Shown here: piece by piece, positions 60,551-64,000 of the stretch
Layout: every line of letters begins with the position of its first letter
How positions within the stretch are numbered: position 1 is the stretch's first letter
NCBI RefSeq assembly: GCF_021869535.1
Contig: NW_026262701.1
Location: 98,394,001 to 98,458,000 of the forward strand
DNA: 64,000 nucleotides
Source of the DNA: Mytilus californianus
Taxonomy: Eukaryota
Reading direction: 5' to 3'
Program-made: the position numbers and the translations under genes
Notes under the pieces: model-generated
Told to the model about the DNA's origin: nothing
What the model saw: the letters and a program-made list of their open reading frames with translations, nothing else
The model's database searches: none

Positions 60551-61094
60551 AGCACATAGTCTTACGCTTAATGTGTCGTCTCTTATTCACGTGCTCCTAT
60601 TGGACCCGTTTCCTCTGTAGCGGTTCTCCTGTCAACGTATATTGTTTCCACCTTACAGAAGTTCCCCTGGAACATTTGTTATTTACAATGCCATAATATC
60701 TGTTCCAGTTGGAACAATATTCTACATCCTTTATTCCGTTAGGAACAAATACTTTAATACCTGAGTGTCTCATGGGCAAAAAAGGGGGGATCCCGCTTGT
60801 TTTTTTGTCATATCACAGTATCCCGCTTAGCGTTGTAATAATAACGCTTGTAATTTCACGTGTCCCGGCTGACCTCGTTTCCCGTTTTCACGCACAATAA
60901 TTTGACTTTCACTTTGACAAAAAATCGGCCAATCCCGCATCACGCTTAGACCACAATAAGACCCACATATTTGTTCCAGTGGAAATAATATTACAGAATA
61001 TTTCTTTCATTTGGAACTTATATAATGAAGGGACTTCTATTTCATGACATTCTCATGTACTTAGTCGATATAAAACCGCCCTCTATTAGTGGAG

Positions 61095-61165
61095 TTCTTC
61101 TTTAGCTTAGTTGGTAGAGCGATGGCTAACTGTAACAGATGTCACAGTTTGAATCCCGTCGCACA
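61095..61165 (+). pseudogene. tRNA-like remnant (pseudogene or SINE head)
   Basis: tagcttagttggtagagcg (D-arm/A box) and gtttgaatccc (T-arm/B box); acceptor and anticodon stems do not pair. Confidence 0.4.
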
Positions 61166-61634
61166 GTAATTACTTCTGGAAGACAAATCATGATCTCTGG
61201 TTACACGTCTAATTCCTCCCTCAGTGAAGACTTGCGACACTGATTTCTGATTAGCATTTATATTAATTGGTTTTAGTGTGATGTTATCAAGTATACATTT
61301 ATAAGCTTCTTTTATTTCAATTGTTGTTTGATGACACAGCATCATCGTGATGGTATTTTTCCATTACTGATTAACGTAAGAAGAAGAAGATCAAGTTATG
61401 TTATTTTGTAACTCTAATAATTTCACAGTTATCGTTCTTGAAAACTGTTAACAAGGTAGATCAATGTATTAATAAGTGGGGTCATTTTCGAGGACTTTAC
61501 ATTTAAGCTTTCGTTTATTTAAGAACACTTCGTCAGTTTACAATAAATCCATTCACAAGAACTTTATTTACCAAATCGATTATTTTTTTTTTAAATCGAC
61601 AGGCCAACACCAATTAATAATAGTAAACATCGGG

Positions 61635-61726
61635 TATATAAAAGTACCTGTATGTGTATGTAGAGATTACTACACTGTAGTGTATTTAGTGGAAACACCG
61701 AGTGCTGAACCATTATAAAGGTAAGA
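61635..61726 (+). promoter_or_regulatory. Candidate TATA box and short first exon of an unidentified plus-strand transcript
   Basis: tatataaaag at 61635-61644 and a strong donor aag|gtaaga at 61720/61721; no downstream exon identified in the window. Confidence 0.3.
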
Positions 61727-62469
61727 TTTTGTTTTTGTTTTATAATATGCTTTCTAGTTTTACTGTATCAGCGTTAATACGCAGCTATTCCCACGATTTC
61801 ATATCGAACCGATGACCACATTAGTGGTCTCATACTAGTAATGTCTGTTGCGAGTGCTGTGTGGCTTTGGTTCGTCTTTGGAAAATATGGGGGCGACAAG
61901 TAGCTCTACCCATAGAGTAGGGTCTGGGATGGGGGGAGGAGGGTCTTTCATTTTTGTATTCTTTATTTTTTTAGGTATTTTTTCTCTATTCTTTATATTA
62001 TTTGCTCATTATTCTCATTCTTTATATTTTTGCCTATTTTTCTCTATTCTTACTTTCTGGGTCCGTTTTTCTGTAGATTTGTCCCATTGTTATCTATTCT
62101 GTAAACGCCATCGAGAGCATTATAGAGCAGCCCAGTGCCGCATCACCAGGTGACGATGGAATGTTCTGGTCCCGAGGTTATTACTATAGAAAACCTTGTC
62201 GTGGACCATAATCTTGAATGCGTGACGTTTGTGGTCAATGCCATGCTTCATGTACGTTTAAAATTTCTTTTGTATATTTCGTATAAAAGAAGACGCCTGT
62301 CGCTACAAAAGGCGGATATAATACCCGTTCCAATCCAACTCCAACCCATTTTAGTTACTTTTGTAACGTGTACACAGGGTAAGCGTGTCTACCGTCATTA
62401 TACTGGATACCAAAACTTCACAAAACTCCGTATAAAGAACGATACATAGCTGGATCATCAAGATGTACA

Positions 62470-64000
62470 GTAAAAGATGGCCTTCAAAAATATTGTAATG
62501 AGATATATTCAAGTGGTTTCAATCAGATGTGGATTCTCAAAAAATGTATAGATCTACTGCTAAATCTTTGATCATAATCTCTGCAATTTTGCAGCAACAT
62601 TAAGACCTTTGATTTTTCTACGCTTCTACTATTCCCCATGATCAATTGAAAGATCGACATCACCATCTCATTCAACAGAGCTTTTTCTATAAAAATGTGA
62701 ATCTTAGATATATATTTCTTGTTTTGGGTTATAATAATTCTTATTTTGTGAAGAACCACACTGATTCTATCCGAAAATACACTGAAGATAATATTATCAA
62801 AATGCTGGACTTTTTAATCGACAATATATTTGTTGAGTTTGGAGGATTGATATATCAACAGACAGTCGATATTCCAATGGGTACTAATTGTGCACCCCTT
62901 CTGGGCGATTTGTTTTTGTACTCGTATGAAGCAGAATTCATTCAGAACCTTCTAAAAGACAAAAAGAATCAAAGTAATGAAGTACTGAACATCGGATGAC
63001 CGCAAGTTCTGGTGGATGGTCACAAGCACTTGTCTCAGAATAAAATCACATCTCTATACCTGAAAGTTAGGTTAAGGTAGATAGATATATTTTTTCTGAG
63101 ACAAGTTCGTGTGTGAATGATGAATAAATGACAGGAATTCAACCTCACCGTAATAACTATTATATTGTAGTGATATAATTATTTGTTATCAGTATACTCT
63201 GGTTTGTTGTTATATATTATATTTATATTTGTATAATAGTTATATAAAATTTTCGTCCATTTGTATATCATTCTTTTCTACTCTTCGAATGATAGTGCAG
63301 TGCAAGTGCATGGTGGACACTCTTCGCAATAATTCGTTTTTTCTAATAAATTGGATTTGAGTAAGCATTCATATTTGCCCGCGTTTGTTACAAAACATTC
63401 TTGAGATATTCATCCACATGCGTTAACACAAATTTTCGGTATTTTTGATTTGTTATTGATATATATATTTCTCACGACAAAACATTTTCATATCATTTAT
63501 CTATGTTCTTAAAAATTATTTTCATGAATATTTATTGATAAAATTAATATATAACAAGCGATAAGGAATTTTATTTTGCACACGATAATGATCCGCGTAA
63601 TTATACGGTTATCAATCAAAAACGAATGTCACGTGGGTAGAAATGTCTGTGGCAACAAAACACCGGAATGCCCTCACGGCCATCCGATGTAAAAAGCACC
63701 TTGCGAAATTCTTTAATTTTACTTTCAGATATATTGATGATGTCCTATCACAGAATAACCCATATTCCAGTCAGTACTTGCATCTTATATATCCCAGTGA
63801 ACTTGAAATTAAGGATACTACTGATACTAGAAGGACTGCTTCATACCTTGATCTTTTCCTCAATATTGACACAGATGGACGACTTCACACTAAAATCTAT
63901 GACAAACGGGATGATCTCAACTTCCCAATTATCAATTTCCCATTTCTCAGCAGTAACATTCCCTCTGCCCCGTCGTATGGTGTTTACATATCTCAATTGA
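62470..64000 (+). mobile_element. Decayed Penelope-like RT, interrupted at ~62969-63690, runs off the right edge
   Basis: KTFDFST, IPMGTNCAPLLGDLFLYSYE, then after the insert FTFRYIDDVLS, ASYLDL, KIYDKRDDLNFPIINFPFL. Confidence 0.85.
62989..63690. mobile_element. ~700-bp non-autonomous TIR element inserted in the RT
   Basis: acatcggatgaccg (62989-63002) vs cggccatccgatgt (63677-63690), 13/14 inverted; internal hairpin cttgtctcagaa / ttctgagacaag. Confidence 0.65.

Overview
AT-rich, repeat-dense animal genomic DNA, most likely a mussel-type bivalve (inferred from recognisable repeat families, not verified). Two protein-coding genes lie on the minus strand. (1) RPGRIP1L/fantom (ciliary transition-zone protein): 28 coding exons from ATG at 24790 down to 1235, all GT-AG and phase-consistent, about 1033 codons, continuing off the left edge. 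(2) The three long carboxylesterase ORFs at 40.5-51.5 kb are not three genes. They are exons of one 4-exon gene (51351-38357) predicted to encode a 1690-aa protein: signal peptide, three complete type-B carboxylesterase domains in tandem (each with HGGGF, GESAG, catalytic Glu and His), a Thr/Ser stalk and a GPI-type tail. The middle exon is a recent chimera of exons 1 and 3, so an assembly artefact must be excluded. Other highlights: two diverged Penelope-like retroelements in the esterase introns each carry a SECIS-like hairpin just after the RT stop codon; a decayed hammerhead-ribozyme fragment lies sense in intron 3; and three independent tandem repeats in RPGRIP1L are each built from an exon 3' end plus its splice donor. 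All coordinates were read by hand; repeat boundaries are approximate and repeat family names are unverified.
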